63,166 nt of DNA, filler included, from 5 parts of 5 records of this genome joined end to end with filler, not necessarily neighbours in it, one strand, 5' to 3'; positions 9,811-18,822 are shown, counted from the whole stretch's first letter. Numbers and translations: made by a program. The notes: a model not told the origin generated them from the letters alone.

Positions 9811-10494
9811 ATGTCGACCGTCATTCCGGCTCCCTTCCCCACGATCCTGCCCGTCAGCGAAAGCCAGAAGGGTTTTCCAGTCCGCCGGGTCTATTGCGTC
9901 GGTCGAAACTATGCCGCTCATGCCGTGGAAATGGGCCACGATCCGAACAGGGAAGCGCCGTTCTTCTTCCAGAAGAACCCGGACAACCTCGATCCTTCCG
10001 GCGAGTTTCCCTATCCGCCCCTGTCCAGCGACGTGCATCACGAGGTCGAACTCGCGGTCGTTCTGAAGTCCGGCAAGCGCAGCATCCCGGCAGCCAATGC
10101 ACTTGAACATGTTTACGGCTACGCCGTTGCCCTCGACATGACCCGCCGCGACCTGCAGGCGGAGGCCAAGAAGGCGGGGCGCCCGTGGGAAGCCGCCAAG
10201 GCTTTTGAACGCTCTGCCCCTATCGGACGGATCATGCCGGCGGCAGACAGCGGCTTCCTCGACCAGGGCCGGATTGCACTCAGCGTGAACGGAGAGCTTC
10301 GCCAGGAAGGCGACCTCAATCAGTTGATCTGGAAAATACCGGAAATCATCGCCAAGCTGTCCGAGCTGTTCCAGCTTGGTGCGGGCGACGTCATCCTGAC
10401 CGGAACCCCCGCTGGTGTCGGTTCCGTCCAGCGCGGCGACCTCATGCTGGCGACCATCGACGGCTTGCCGGAGCTGACCGTCAGGGTCATTTGA
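9811..10494 (+). CDS. Fumarylacetoacetate hydrolase family protein
   Basis: RVYCVGRNYAAHA, HHEVELAV, LDMTRRDLQ, GDVILTGTPAGVG. Confidence 0.92.
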   Translation: MSTVIPAPFPTILPVSESQKGFPVRRVYCVGRNYAAHAVEMGHDPNREAPFFFQKNPDNLDPSGEFPYPPLSSDVHHEVELAVVLKSGKRSIPAANALEHVYGYAVALDMTRRDLQAEAKKAGRPWEAAKAFERSAPIGRIMPAADSGFLDQGRIALSVNGELRQEGDLNQLIWKIPEIIAKLSELFQLGAGDVILTGTPAGVGSVQRGDLMLATIDGLPELTVRVI

Positions 10495-10805
10495 CAGGCC
10501 CGGGTGGGCGTGTGCGCGCTCGCGTTGAGATCCCCGGTATTGCCGCATTGCAAGGGCCTGGAAAGCAGCCGCTTTCCGGGCCTGGTCTTATTGGCCTTCT
10601 CAAGCCCTTGAAAGCTGCGGAACCTTTTGGTGGCAATCCGTGTTTAGAAGTCGTGGTCCCGGATTCTCCGACAACGGCGCTGACCAGCTCCGTTCGACCG
10701 GAAATGCAAAGGAAGACGGACCAAGTCCTTTAAGTGGTCTTGAGATTGCGGGTCGGCCATGTTCAGGTCGAACCCGGATTTTGAAGTCGTTGCCGGAGCC
10801 TGTTC

Positions 10806-12581
10806 GTGACCTTTGACCAGATTGCCCTGTTCGTCCTCTTCGGCACTGTCTTCGCACTGCTGGTCTGGGGCCGTATCCGCTTCGATCTCATTGCCTTTGG
10901 CGCGTTGATCCTGGGTGCGTTCCTGGGTCTCGTCCCTTCCGAGGAAATCTTCTCCGGCTTCGGCCATTCCGCCGTCATGATTATTGCCCTCGTGCTGATC
11001 GTCTCGCGCGGGCTGATGAACTCAGGCGCTGTGGAATTGATTGCAGGTGTGGTGATATCCGCTTCCAGAGGCCTGTCGCGGCATATCGGTCTCATGGCCA
11101 TCGTCGGCGCCAGTCTGTCGGCAATCATCAATAACGTGGCTGCGCTGGCATTGCTCATGCCGCTCGATATGGAGGCAGCCAAGAAGGCGGAACGTTCGCC
11201 CGGCCTCTCCCTGATGCCCCTGTCTTTCGCAACCATCCTTGGCGGCATGATCACCCTGATCGGAACACCGCCAAACATCGTGATTGCGCAGTATCGTTCG
11301 GATGCCTTTGGTGCGCCCTTTTCCATGTTCGATTTTGCCCCTGTCGGCCTCGTGGTCGCAGTGACAGGCATTGCCTTTGTTGCCCTGTTCGGCTGGCGCC
11401 TGCTGCCCCGCCATTTCCGGGACAAGCCGAAACAGGAGGGCTTTGCCGAAAGCCTTTATGCGGCCGAACTGAAGGTCGGGGAAATCTCGGAAGAAAAGCC
11501 GCTTACCGTCGGCGATCTTTACCCCGTTGCCGACGAGAAGGATGTCGCCATCATCGGCCTCATCCGCAATGGCCGGCGAGTACGCGGGTTTGCCCGCCGC
11601 GAGGCGATCAAGTCCGGAGATTACCTGTTCGTGGAAGGCGACCCCAAGGCTATCGAGGCCTTCATGGGCGCCGCCAAGCTGGAATTCGCCGGCTCAGAAC
11701 AGCACAAGGGCGGCCTGAACAACGACGCCCTGTCACTGATCGAGGCAATCGCGCCGGACAATGCCAGGATCATCGGCCGGTCGAGTTTCGACATGCGTCT
11801 TCTTTACGGCCACAGCGTTACCTTGCTCGGCATTTCCAGGCAGGGTCGCCGCGTTCAGAAACGCGTTCGCCACGAAGAGATACGCCCGGGTGATGTGCTT
11901 CTGCTGCTGGGTACCCCGGAGCGGCTGGAAAGCGCCTGCGCCTGGCTTGGTGTTCTGCCTCTGGAAGGACGCAAGACGGGCGTCATGCAGCGCAACAAGG
12001 CCTGGCTGGCCATCGCAGGCTTTGCCCTTGCGATTGCAGCAGCCGTTGCCGGCCTTGCCTATCTCCCGGTGGCCCTGGCTGCCTGTGTGATTTTTTATGC
12101 CGCCGCCGGCCTGATCAGTGGGTCGGAGGTTTATCAGTCCGTGGAGTGGAAGGTGATCGTGCTGCTCGGCTCGTTAATCCCCCTTGGACAAGCATTTGAG
12201 GAAGCAGGCAACGCACAGCTGATCGCCGACGGTATTCTCGCCCTCACCTCGACGGCTCCGGCATGGGTCACCCTCGCCATCCTGATGGTGGTGACGATGA
12301 CCCTTTCCGACTTCCTGAACAACGTTGCCACCTGCCTGATCGCAGCGCCCATCTCGGTCCAGATCGCCAATTCCCTTCAGGTGAACTCTGACCCGTTCCT
12401 GATGGCGGTAGCGGTTGCATCGTCCTGTGCGTTCCTGACGCCGATCGGCCACAAGAACAACACCATCATCATGGGCCCGGGCGGCTATCGCTTTGGCGAC
12501 TACTGGCGTATGGGCCTGCCGCTCGAGATCCTCGTCCTGACCGTCAGCATCCCGGCAATCCTGCTGTTCTGGCCGCTCTGA
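10806..12581 (+). CDS. SLC13/DASS family permease with TrkA-C domains
   Basis: TLIGTPPN, INNVA/LNNVA and FLTPIGHKNN...GPGGYRFGDY motifs; central soluble domains. Confidence 0.9.
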   Translation: MTFDQIALFVLFGTVFALLVWGRIRFDLIAFGALILGAFLGLVPSEEIFSGFGHSAVMIIALVLIVSRGLMNSGAVELIAGVVISASRGLSRHIGLMAIVGASLSAIINNVAALALLMPLDMEAAKKAERSPGLSLMPLSFATILGGMITLIGTPPNIVIAQYRSDAFGAPFSMFDFAPVGLVVAVTGIAFVALFGWRLLPRHFRDKPKQEGFAESLYAAELKVGEISEEKPLTVGDLYPVADEKDVAIIGLIRNGRRVRGFARREAIKSGDYLFVEGDPKAIEAFMGAAKLEFAGSEQHKGGLNNDALSLIEAIAPDNARIIGRSSFDMRLLYGHSVTLLGISRQGRRVQKRVRHEEIRPGDVLLLLGTPERLESACAWLGVLPLEGRKTGVMQRNKAWLAIAGFALAIAAAVAGLAYLPVALAACVIFYAAAGLISGSEVYQSVEWKVIVLLGSLIPLGQAFEEAGNAQLIADGILALTSTAPAWVTLAILMVVTMTLSDFLNNVATCLIAAPISVQIANSLQVNSDPFLMAVAVASSCAFLTPIGHKNNTIIMGPGGYRFGDYWRMGLPLEILVLTVSIPAILLFWPL

Positions 12582-12589
12582 AACAGAGC

Positions 12590-13489
12590 TCAGGCAGCAG
12601 GCTTCAGAGGCAGGCAGATGTCGGTTAGCAGATCGGCCGGCGCCGTGTCGCGCGGGTTGTTGAGATAGACTTCGAGACAGGGCGCATCGTCCGGTTCACG
12701 GCCAGACTGCGTCAGCCACTCGCCGTAAAGCCACTCGTAGGCCCATTTCATGTCGGCGTAGGGTCCCTTGTAACGCAGCACCGCGTAGTCACCGGCACGC
12801 GTTTCCCGCTTTTCGAGCGGAGCATCGACCGGGAAGCTATCGTTTATGACCGCTCCGGCAGCCGACTGCAGATCATCTTCGGCAACATGGGTCGGGTCGG
12901 AATAATAGAGCGCCTTCATCGCACCGATCCGGTCGACCAGCTGACGGCTCACCAGAATGCCGAAAAGTGTCTCAAACGCCTTGCCGATCTCCATGTAGGC
13001 GCCTCGGTGAGGCAGCACGGCCAGGGTTTCGGACGGAAGGGTTTTGACGGAAACGTCATGCATTGGAGCTGGTCCTTTCTGTTTGGGAAGTGGTGCACCA
13101 CCGTTGGCCGGCTGAACCCGGCGCGAGGAAACGGAGGAGCGGTAGGCGGTGGGGGTCTGGCCGTAAGCCTGTTTGAAGCTGCGTGAAAAAGCCTCCAGAC
13201 TGCCGTAACCGGCCCGTTTTGCGACGACGGGCAAGGCCAGGTCCGTATAGGCAAGGTCTCCCGCGGCACGATGAAGGCGCAGACGCTTGACCGTCGCGAA
13301 GATGGATTCGCCATAGGTCGACTGCCAGACCCTGTGCCAGTGTGAGGGAGAAAGGGCCGCCACCTCGGCAAGCGTCGCCAGATCAGGATCCTCGTCGAGG
13401 TTGGCGTAGATATATTCGATCACCCTTGTGAAACGGCGGACATAGCCGTTGTCTCGCGGTGAGAGTGTGAGCTTTTCGTGATTGGTCAT
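12590..13489 (-). CDS. AraC-family regulator with GyrI-like effector domain
   Basis: N-terminal double HTH (RLRLHRAA, FSRSFK); C-terminal YKGPY...EVYLNNP...TDICLPL. Confidence 0.92.
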   Translation of the reverse strand: MTNHEKLTLSPRDNGYVRRFTRVIEYIYANLDEDPDLATLAEVAALSPSHWHRVWQSTYGESIFATVKRLRLHRAAGDLAYTDLALPVVAKRAGYGSLEAFSRSFKQAYGQTPTAYRSSVSSRRVQPANGGAPLPKQKGPAPMHDVSVKTLPSETLAVLPHRGAYMEIGKAFETLFGILVSRQLVDRIGAMKALYYSDPTHVAEDDLQSAAGAVINDSFPVDAPLEKRETRAGDYAVLRYKGPYADMKWAYEWLYGEWLTQSGREPDDAPCLEVYLNNPRDTAPADLLTDICLPLKPAA

Positions 13490-13678
13490 GGACTTGGCCC
13501 CGTTCGATTGATGGGACCCTAGCACCATGCTTTTTGATAAATCTTGCTGACTTCCACCCTCTCACGCCGGCACATTCCGGAAGAACAAGGTCTTTCTTCC
13601 AGAAAGACAAAACAGGCACTGGCTTCCGGCGTCGGAATGGCCATGATGTACGCAACTCAAAAACAGGGGAGTTGAACC

Positions 13679-14578
13679 ATGACCACCCAGAAACGCATTC
13701 TGTTCACCGGCGGTTCCGGCAAGGCCGGACGGCACGTCGTTCCCTATCTGCTGGCGCAGGGACATCGCGTCGTCAACGTCGACCTGAAACCGCTTGATCA
13801 TCCAGGTGTCGACAACCTCATCGCCGACATCACCTCATCGGGTGAAATGTTCAACGTCATGACCAGCTACGCCAATTTCGATGAACTGGAACCGGGCAAC
13901 GGGGTGCCAACTTTCGATGCGGTGGTCCATTTTGCCGCTGTGCCGCGCATTCTCATTCATCCGGACAACAGAACCTTCGAAGTCAATACGATCGGCACAT
14001 ACAACGTCATTGAAGCCGCCGTGAAGCTCGGCATCCGCAAGATCGTGCTCGCCTCTTCGGAAACCACCTACGGCGTCTGTTTCGCCGATGGCGTGGTCGA
14101 CCCGAAGGTGCTACCCGTCGAAGAAGATTATGACGTCGACCCGATGGACAGTTACGGGCTTTCCAAGGTGGTCAACGAACAGACCGCCCGCGCCTTCCAG
14201 CGCCGGTCCGGCTTCGATATCTATGCGCTGCGGATCGGCAATGTCATCGAGCCGCACGAATACGACCGGTTCCCGGATTTCTTCGCCAATCCTGCGCAAC
14301 GCCGCAGAAACATCTTCTGCTATATCGATGCGCGCGACCTCGGTCAGATCGTCGACCGCTGCCTTGAAAAGGACGGGCTCGGCTACCAGGTCTTCAACGC
14401 CGGCAACGACACGAATTCCGTCGATATTCCGAATGCGGAAATCCTCAAGCGCTTCTTCCCCGATGTGCCGCTGAGCCGGGAACTCGGCGAGCACGAGGCC
14501 CTGTTCTCGAACCGCAAGATCCGCGAGGTTCTGGGCTTCCAAGAAGAGCACAACTGGCGCAAATACGTGACCGTATAA
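13679..14578 (+). CDS. NAD(P)-dependent epimerase/dehydratase (extended SDR)
   Basis: TGGSGKAG Rossmann motif; YGLSK (YxxxK). Confidence 0.9.
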   Translation: MTTQKRILFTGGSGKAGRHVVPYLLAQGHRVVNVDLKPLDHPGVDNLIADITSSGEMFNVMTSYANFDELEPGNGVPTFDAVVHFAAVPRILIHPDNRTFEVNTIGTYNVIEAAVKLGIRKIVLASSETTYGVCFADGVVDPKVLPVEEDYDVDPMDSYGLSKVVNEQTARAFQRRSGFDIYALRIGNVIEPHEYDRFPDFFANPAQRRRNIFCYIDARDLGQIVDRCLEKDGLGYQVFNAGNDTNSVDIPNAEILKRFFPDVPLSRELGEHEALFSNRKIREVLGFQEEHNWRKYVTV

Positions 14579-14696
14579 CCGGCGATCCAGGCAAGAACGA
14601 AGGCTGGCGGATTTAGTTTTACTTCCGATACGGCTGGGACTAGCTTCTGAACGCAACACTGTCGGGCAGCAAGGCTGCCCACCTGGGAAACGTGCC

Positions 14697-15059
14697 ATGA
14701 AGCTACTGAAATCTGCCACTCTCGGCCTTGCCCTCCTGGCGTCTGCGACTGCAGCCGTCGCACAGGGAACCGGCTCGCAAGGGTACTTCCAGATCTACAA
14801 CAACACCGAAGACAACGTCGTCGTCGGCTTCTACACCAATGACGGCGACGGCTGGTCGGACAACTGGCTGTCCGGACCGCTTTCGCCGGGTGAAAGCGCG
14901 AAAGCCGAGTTCGCCGCCGACACCGGCAATTGCGCGCAGACCTTCCAGGTCGGCTGGCTGGCCGACGACGATACCGAAGTTCTCGACGATCCGATCGACA
15001 TCGATATCTGCGAAGCCAGCAACGTCTACATGGATGATAACGAGATCTATTACGACTGA
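14697..15059 (+). CDS. Small secreted acidic hypothetical protein
   Basis: Signal peptide ending AVA; very Asp/Glu-rich mature part with two Cys; GC-biased codon usage. Confidence 0.75.
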   Translation: MKLLKSATLGLALLASATAAVAQGTGSQGYFQIYNNTEDNVVVGFYTNDGDGWSDNWLSGPLSPGESAKAEFAADTGNCAQTFQVGWLADDDTEVLDDPIDIDICEASNVYMDDNEIYYD

Positions 15060-15079
15060 TCTTTTCTTCCAATCTCAAG

Positions 15080-15107
15080 GCGGAAACGCGGACCATCGCG
15101 TTTCCGC
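15080..15107 (+). terminator. Hairpin after the small secreted protein gene
   Basis: GCGGAAACGCG-GACCAT-CGCGTTTCCGC, perfect 11-bp stem; no clear T tract. Confidence 0.5.
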
Positions 15108-15131
15108 GGACTGCCAACACCACCGGAATTC

Positions 15132-15590
15132 ATGACCGATCTCCTTTATTTTGAAGACTTCGAACCTGGTCAGGTCTTCGAGCTGGGCTCCCTCACCGTC
15201 AGCAGGGACGAAATCATCGATTTCGCTGCCGAGTTCGACCCGCAGCCTTTCCACCTCGACGAAGAGGCCGGCACGGCATCCATCCTCGGCGGGCTCGCCG
15301 CCTCCGGCTGGCATACAGGTTCGATGGTGATGCGCCTGCTTGCCGAAAATTTCCTGACCAGGACAAGCGGCTGTGGTTCGCCGGGTATCACCAAGCTGCA
15401 GTGGAAGCGTCCCGTTCATCCAGGTGACTGCCTAACGGCCCGGGTCGAAATACTCGACACAAGAGACTTGCGGTCGAAACCGGACCTTGGCCTTGTCAAC
15501 ATTCGCGTGACGGCCAAGAACCAGAAGGGCATTGAAGTGCTCGTCTGGGAAAACCCGAACCTGTTCGCAAGACGGGAGGTCGCCCGGTGA
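15132..15590 (+). CDS. MaoC-family (hotdog) dehydratase
   Basis: YFEDF, FDPQPFHLDEEA, ASGWHT. Confidence 0.9.
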   Translation: MTDLLYFEDFEPGQVFELGSLTVSRDEIIDFAAEFDPQPFHLDEEAGTASILGGLAASGWHTGSMVMRLLAENFLTRTSGCGSPGITKLQWKRPVHPGDCLTARVEILDTRDLRSKPDLGLVNIRVTAKNQKGIEVLVWENPNLFARREVAR

Positions 15591-16066
15591 GTGCCTTTTT
15601 CGAAGATATTGAAGTCGGTGACACGCTTGACCTTGGCGAACACACCTTCACCCGGGAAGACATCGTGCGTTTTGCGGAAAAATACGATCCGCAGGCTTTT
15701 CATCTCAGCGAGGAGGCCGCCGCGCAGACCCATTTCGGGCGCCTGTGCGCTTCCGGTTGGCACACGGCAGCGGTTTTCATGAAGCTCTGGGTCGCAAGGC
15801 ACAAGGCACTTCAGGAAGAAGCGCTGGCGGCAGGGCAAACACCAGCCAATATCGGCCCCTCGCCCGGGTTTGAGGATCTCAAGTGGATCAGGCCGGTCTT
15901 TGTTGGTGACACGCTGCGATACCGGCGTGTGGTCACCGGCAAGACCGAAAGCCGGACCCGCCCGGACTGGGGTCTCGTTCATTCCGACATGCAGGCCTTC
16001 AATCAGGACGGCACGCTGGTGTTCTCCTTCAAGGGCACGGTGTTCGTCGAACGCCGCAAGCGCTAA
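15587..16066 (+). CDS. MaoC-family dehydratase, tandem paralogue
   Basis: FFEDI, YDPQAFHL, ASGWHT; GTGA overlap with the previous gene. Confidence 0.9.
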   Translation: MSAFFEDIEVGDTLDLGEHTFTREDIVRFAEKYDPQAFHLSEEAAAQTHFGRLCASGWHTAAVFMKLWVARHKALQEEALAAGQTPANIGPSPGFEDLKWIRPVFVGDTLRYRRVVTGKTESRTRPDWGLVHSDMQAFNQDGTLVFSFKGTVFVERRKR

Positions 16067-16093
16067 CCGGACAATCAGTCGGCCCTGTTAAAA

Positions 16094-16136
16094 CGCAAAA
16101 GCGCGCTGCGTCCTCAAGACGGCAGCACGCTTTGCG
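16094..16136. terminator. Bidirectional terminator-like hairpin between convergent genes
   Basis: CGCAAAAGCGCGCTGCGTC-CTCAA-GACGGCAGCACGCTTTGCG. Confidence 0.55.
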
Positions 16137-16179
16137 GTTGGCAATCCTGACTTGCCGTGTCTCGCATGCGAGCTGTGCC

Positions 16180-16422
16180 TCAGCGGCAGACGTCCAGGAT
16201 CCACAAGAAGGCCATCGGCACCATGGTCAGCGCCGGCAGGATGATCGCCGGGTATCCGAAGGCATAGATCGACACCGCCCAGATCATCGCGAGATTGGCG
16301 ATGAACCAGTATTTGGCATCTTCCGCGCCATAAAGCGCTTCCTTGAGAAACAGGTTCAAGACGGGCACAGCCAGAAGCAGCCGTAGCACCAGGACTTCCT
16401 TGGGGGCAGATGAAGCAGACAT
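16180..16422 (-). CDS. Small membrane hypothetical protein (~80 aa)
   Basis: Three hydrophobic stretches; GGAGAAGAG RBS before ATG at 16422. Confidence 0.65.
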   Translation of the reverse strand: MSASSAPKEVLVLRLLLAVPVLNLFLKEALYGAEDAKYWFIANLAMIWAVSIYAFGYPAIILPALTMVPMAFLWILDVCR

Positions 16423-16486
16423 CTCTTCTCCGGATCTTAGGGAAAACACGTAGAGTTTGTCCCTAATCCGTTTGCCTGTTCCAGGC

Positions 16487-16523
16487 ACTGCGGCAAACGG
16501 ACATCATGCCCATTTGCCGCAGT
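16487..16523 (-). terminator. Hairpin just downstream of the dsyB stop
   Basis: ACTGCGGCAAA (16487-16497) / TTTGCCGCAGT (16513-16523), perfect 11-bp arms; no T tract. Confidence 0.5.
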
Positions 16524-16536
16524 TTGCCGCGTGATG

Positions 16537-17559
16537 CTATTCCGGCTTGCGGCCGTGCACCAGCATCGTCATGCCCGGGATCATCACTTCAACTGCGATA
16601 TCGGTGAAGCCGGCGGCTTCCATCAAGCCGGCAACGTAGGAACTCGTGATCGAACGGGCTTCCGGGTTGAAGGCGGTGTGCTGAAGCTGCCAGAGCGCGG
16701 CCAGCTTCGGCCCCTCGCGGTTTTCGTCGACCATGAAATCATGCACCATGAAGTCACTACCCGGTGTCAGAACCTCGAAGGCCTTGCGCACAAGCCCGGG
16801 AATGGCCGTGCCCGGGACACCGGAAAAGAGATAGGACATCAGCACTGCGTCCGCACTGTCCGGCCATGTGTCCTTCAGGGCATTGCCCGGCGCGTAGCGG
16901 ATGCGGTCCTGCAGGCCTTCTTCGGCAATGAACTCTTCGCCCACCTTGGCGACATTCGGAAAATCCAGAACGGTTGATCGCAGTCCCGGATACGCCTTGC
17001 AAAGCGAAATCGAGAAGGCCCCGGTGCCACCGCCAACGTCCAGCAACTGCTTGGCAGCGGACAGATCCACGAGCTTGGCAAGTCCCCGCCCGGGCCCAAG
17101 CGAGCCTGCATGCTGAGACCGGGAATAAAGCCGTGCTTCTTCCGGGTCGCTGAACCACGTCTCGTAGGAAGCAACCTGGTCGTCCTCCAGACTGTCCGTC
17201 AGGGCGTCGTTGAGCTGGGTCATGAAGGGGTACATCTGCTTGTCGATCTGAAACCGCAGATAGTCGCCGAAATCATACTTCCGTCCTTTCACCAGAAACG
17301 CCTCCGCTGCGGGCGAATTGGTGAAGCCTGCTCCCTCCCGGCGCACCAGCCCGAGGCTCGTAAGCGCGGTCAACAGTGTTGTGGCGCGATCAAGATCAAG
17401 CTCGCTTTCTTCAGCAACTTGCTGTGGCGTCAAGGTCTTTTCGGAAAGCAGTGAAAACAAATCTACATGAAGTGCAGAAAAAAGAGCCTTGGAGCCCATA
17501 AATCCGAAAGCAATATCTGAAATTTCCTCAGCCGTTTCCAAGGACCTGGCGACGGGCAT
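16537..17559 (-). CDS. dsyB: MTHB (4-methylthio-2-hydroxybutyrate) S-methyltransferase of DMSP biosynthesis
   Basis: 340 aa; dimerisation domain plus class I SAM domain (LLDVGGGTG). Family-specific blocks AFGFMGSKALF, YDFGDYLRFQ, YSRSQHAGSLGP, LMSYLFSGVPG, AALWQLQHTAF. Strong GAGGAGG RBS. Recognised from memory of the family, not from a search. Confidence 0.92.
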   Translation of the reverse strand: MPVARSLETAEEISDIAFGFMGSKALFSALHVDLFSLLSEKTLTPQQVAEESELDLDRATTLLTALTSLGLVRREGAGFTNSPAAEAFLVKGRKYDFGDYLRFQIDKQMYPFMTQLNDALTDSLEDDQVASYETWFSDPEEARLYSRSQHAGSLGPGRGLAKLVDLSAAKQLLDVGGGTGAFSISLCKAYPGLRSTVLDFPNVAKVGEEFIAEEGLQDRIRYAPGNALKDTWPDSADAVLMSYLFSGVPGTAIPGLVRKAFEVLTPGSDFMVHDFMVDENREGPKLAALWQLQHTAFNPEARSITSSYVAGLMEAAGFTDIAVEVMIPGMTMLVHGRKPE

Positions 17560-17637
17560 AAATTATCCTCCTCAGGAATTCTGAGCACAAATGTGCGGAA
17601 TTTTTCCGTTCAGGAAAAATGAACTTGGGAATGAGCA

Positions 17638-17665
17638 AGTATAACTATTGTGCGCCGCAATGCAA
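17638..17665 (-). promoter_or_regulatory. Putative sigma70 promoter of dsyB
   Basis: Minus strand reads TTGCAT-N16-TATACT in an AT-rich patch about 80 nt upstream of the ATG. Confidence 0.55.
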
Positions 17666-17847
17666 ATTCCGCTCCCCATCCGGCAAGAGCTGACGCGGGA
17701 GCCGGTTTTTGTCCTTGAACTTTGGCAGATCCCGGTCTTCGATTAAGCTGAGGTCGATGCTGTCAGGCATCGAAAGCGTTCTCAAACGCCTGGTAATTTG
17801 CCTTTCTGCAGTATACCGCCCGCAAGAAACCGAACAGGACCGACCGA

Positions 17848-18744
17848 GTGCCTTTTCTCGACTTTCCCGCACAGCTTCCGGAAAACCGGACACCACGTGC
17901 CGTGATCTTCGGTGCCGGACACGGCAGCACTTACCCTGGCAAGGACAGCAGCGGGTACACCGGAGCAGCCGATGCCATTCGCGCAGCCAGTCAGGAAGAT
18001 GCCGGTCTCGTCGGCCACTGGGACTTCGATCTCGGCGGACCGCTTTTCGAAGGTCATCCGGTATGCTGCACCGACATCGGCAATATCGACACCCGGCTGC
18101 ACGACAACGCAGGCAACCGGGCACGGATCGAGGCACAAACACGCTCGATCCTGGCACTGCCAGCCGTTCCGATCCTGCTTGGCGGTGATGATTCCCTACC
18201 GATCCCCTTCCTCGCCGCCTTCGCTGATCAGGGGCCCCTGTGGGTGCTGCAGATAGATGCCCATATCGACTGGCGCGATGAGATCGATGGCGAGCGCTAC
18301 GGCTACTCCAGCCCGATGCGCCGCATCAGCGAGATGCCGCATGTTGCGGGCCTCGTTCAGGTTGGCCTGCGTGCCGTCGGCAGCGCCGGCAAAACCGAAA
18401 TCGAGGCTGCACAAACCTATGGTAGCCGCTTTGTCACAGCGCGCGAGGTCCACGCAGAAGGCATCTCGGCCGCGTTGAAGCATATTCCACAAGGCGCGCG
18501 CTGCGTCGTCACGCTGGACTGTGACGGCCTTGACCCGGCCATCATGCCCGGCGTTGCCGCGCGCACGCCCGGCGGGCTCACCTACACGCAGGTGATCGAT
18601 CTGATTGCGGGTCTGGGCAGACGCGCAAGGATCGTTGGGTTTGACCTTGTCGAATTCTACCCGCCGAACGATATCGACGGCCTCAGCGCGCTGACCGCCT
18701 CAAGACTTTTGGTCAACGCCGTCGGCGCGATCGTCCGGCAATAA
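17848..18744 (+). CDS. Arginase/agmatinase (ureohydrolase) family protein
   Basis: GGDDS, DAHIDWRD, YGYSSPMRR, DCDGLDP, PGGL motifs; start codon uncertain (GTG). Confidence 0.88.
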   Translation: MPFLDFPAQLPENRTPRAVIFGAGHGSTYPGKDSSGYTGAADAIRAASQEDAGLVGHWDFDLGGPLFEGHPVCCTDIGNIDTRLHDNAGNRARIEAQTRSILALPAVPILLGGDDSLPIPFLAAFADQGPLWVLQIDAHIDWRDEIDGERYGYSSPMRRISEMPHVAGLVQVGLRAVGSAGKTEIEAAQTYGSRFVTAREVHAEGISAALKHIPQGARCVVTLDCDGLDPAIMPGVAARTPGGLTYTQVIDLIAGLGRRARIVGFDLVEFYPPNDIDGLSALTASRLLVNAVGAIVRQ

Positions 18745-18822
18745 CAGGATGCTCGGACAGGTATTCGGGCTGGCAAGACCGATGCAGAAAAGGTGGGAAA
18801 GAAAGGGGATGTCGCCAACACC

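Noticed and set aside
8305-10548. 747-aa minus-strand ORF, and similar long ORFs at 58268-61051, 47742-49487 and 45937-47478
   Set aside because: Antisense shadows of well-supported genes in GC-rich DNA, with no recognisable motifs.
16537-17559. Alternative call as generic acetylserotonin/hydroxyneurosporene O-methyltransferase
   Set aside because: Same fold, but DsyB-specific sequence blocks and substrate residues are present, and no carotenoid or secondary-metabolite cluster surrounds it.
17584-17597. GCAC-AAAT-GTGC as an NtrC box upstream of dsyB
   Set aside because: The spacer is 4 nt rather than the 7 expected, and no sigma54 GG-N10-GC promoter is evident.
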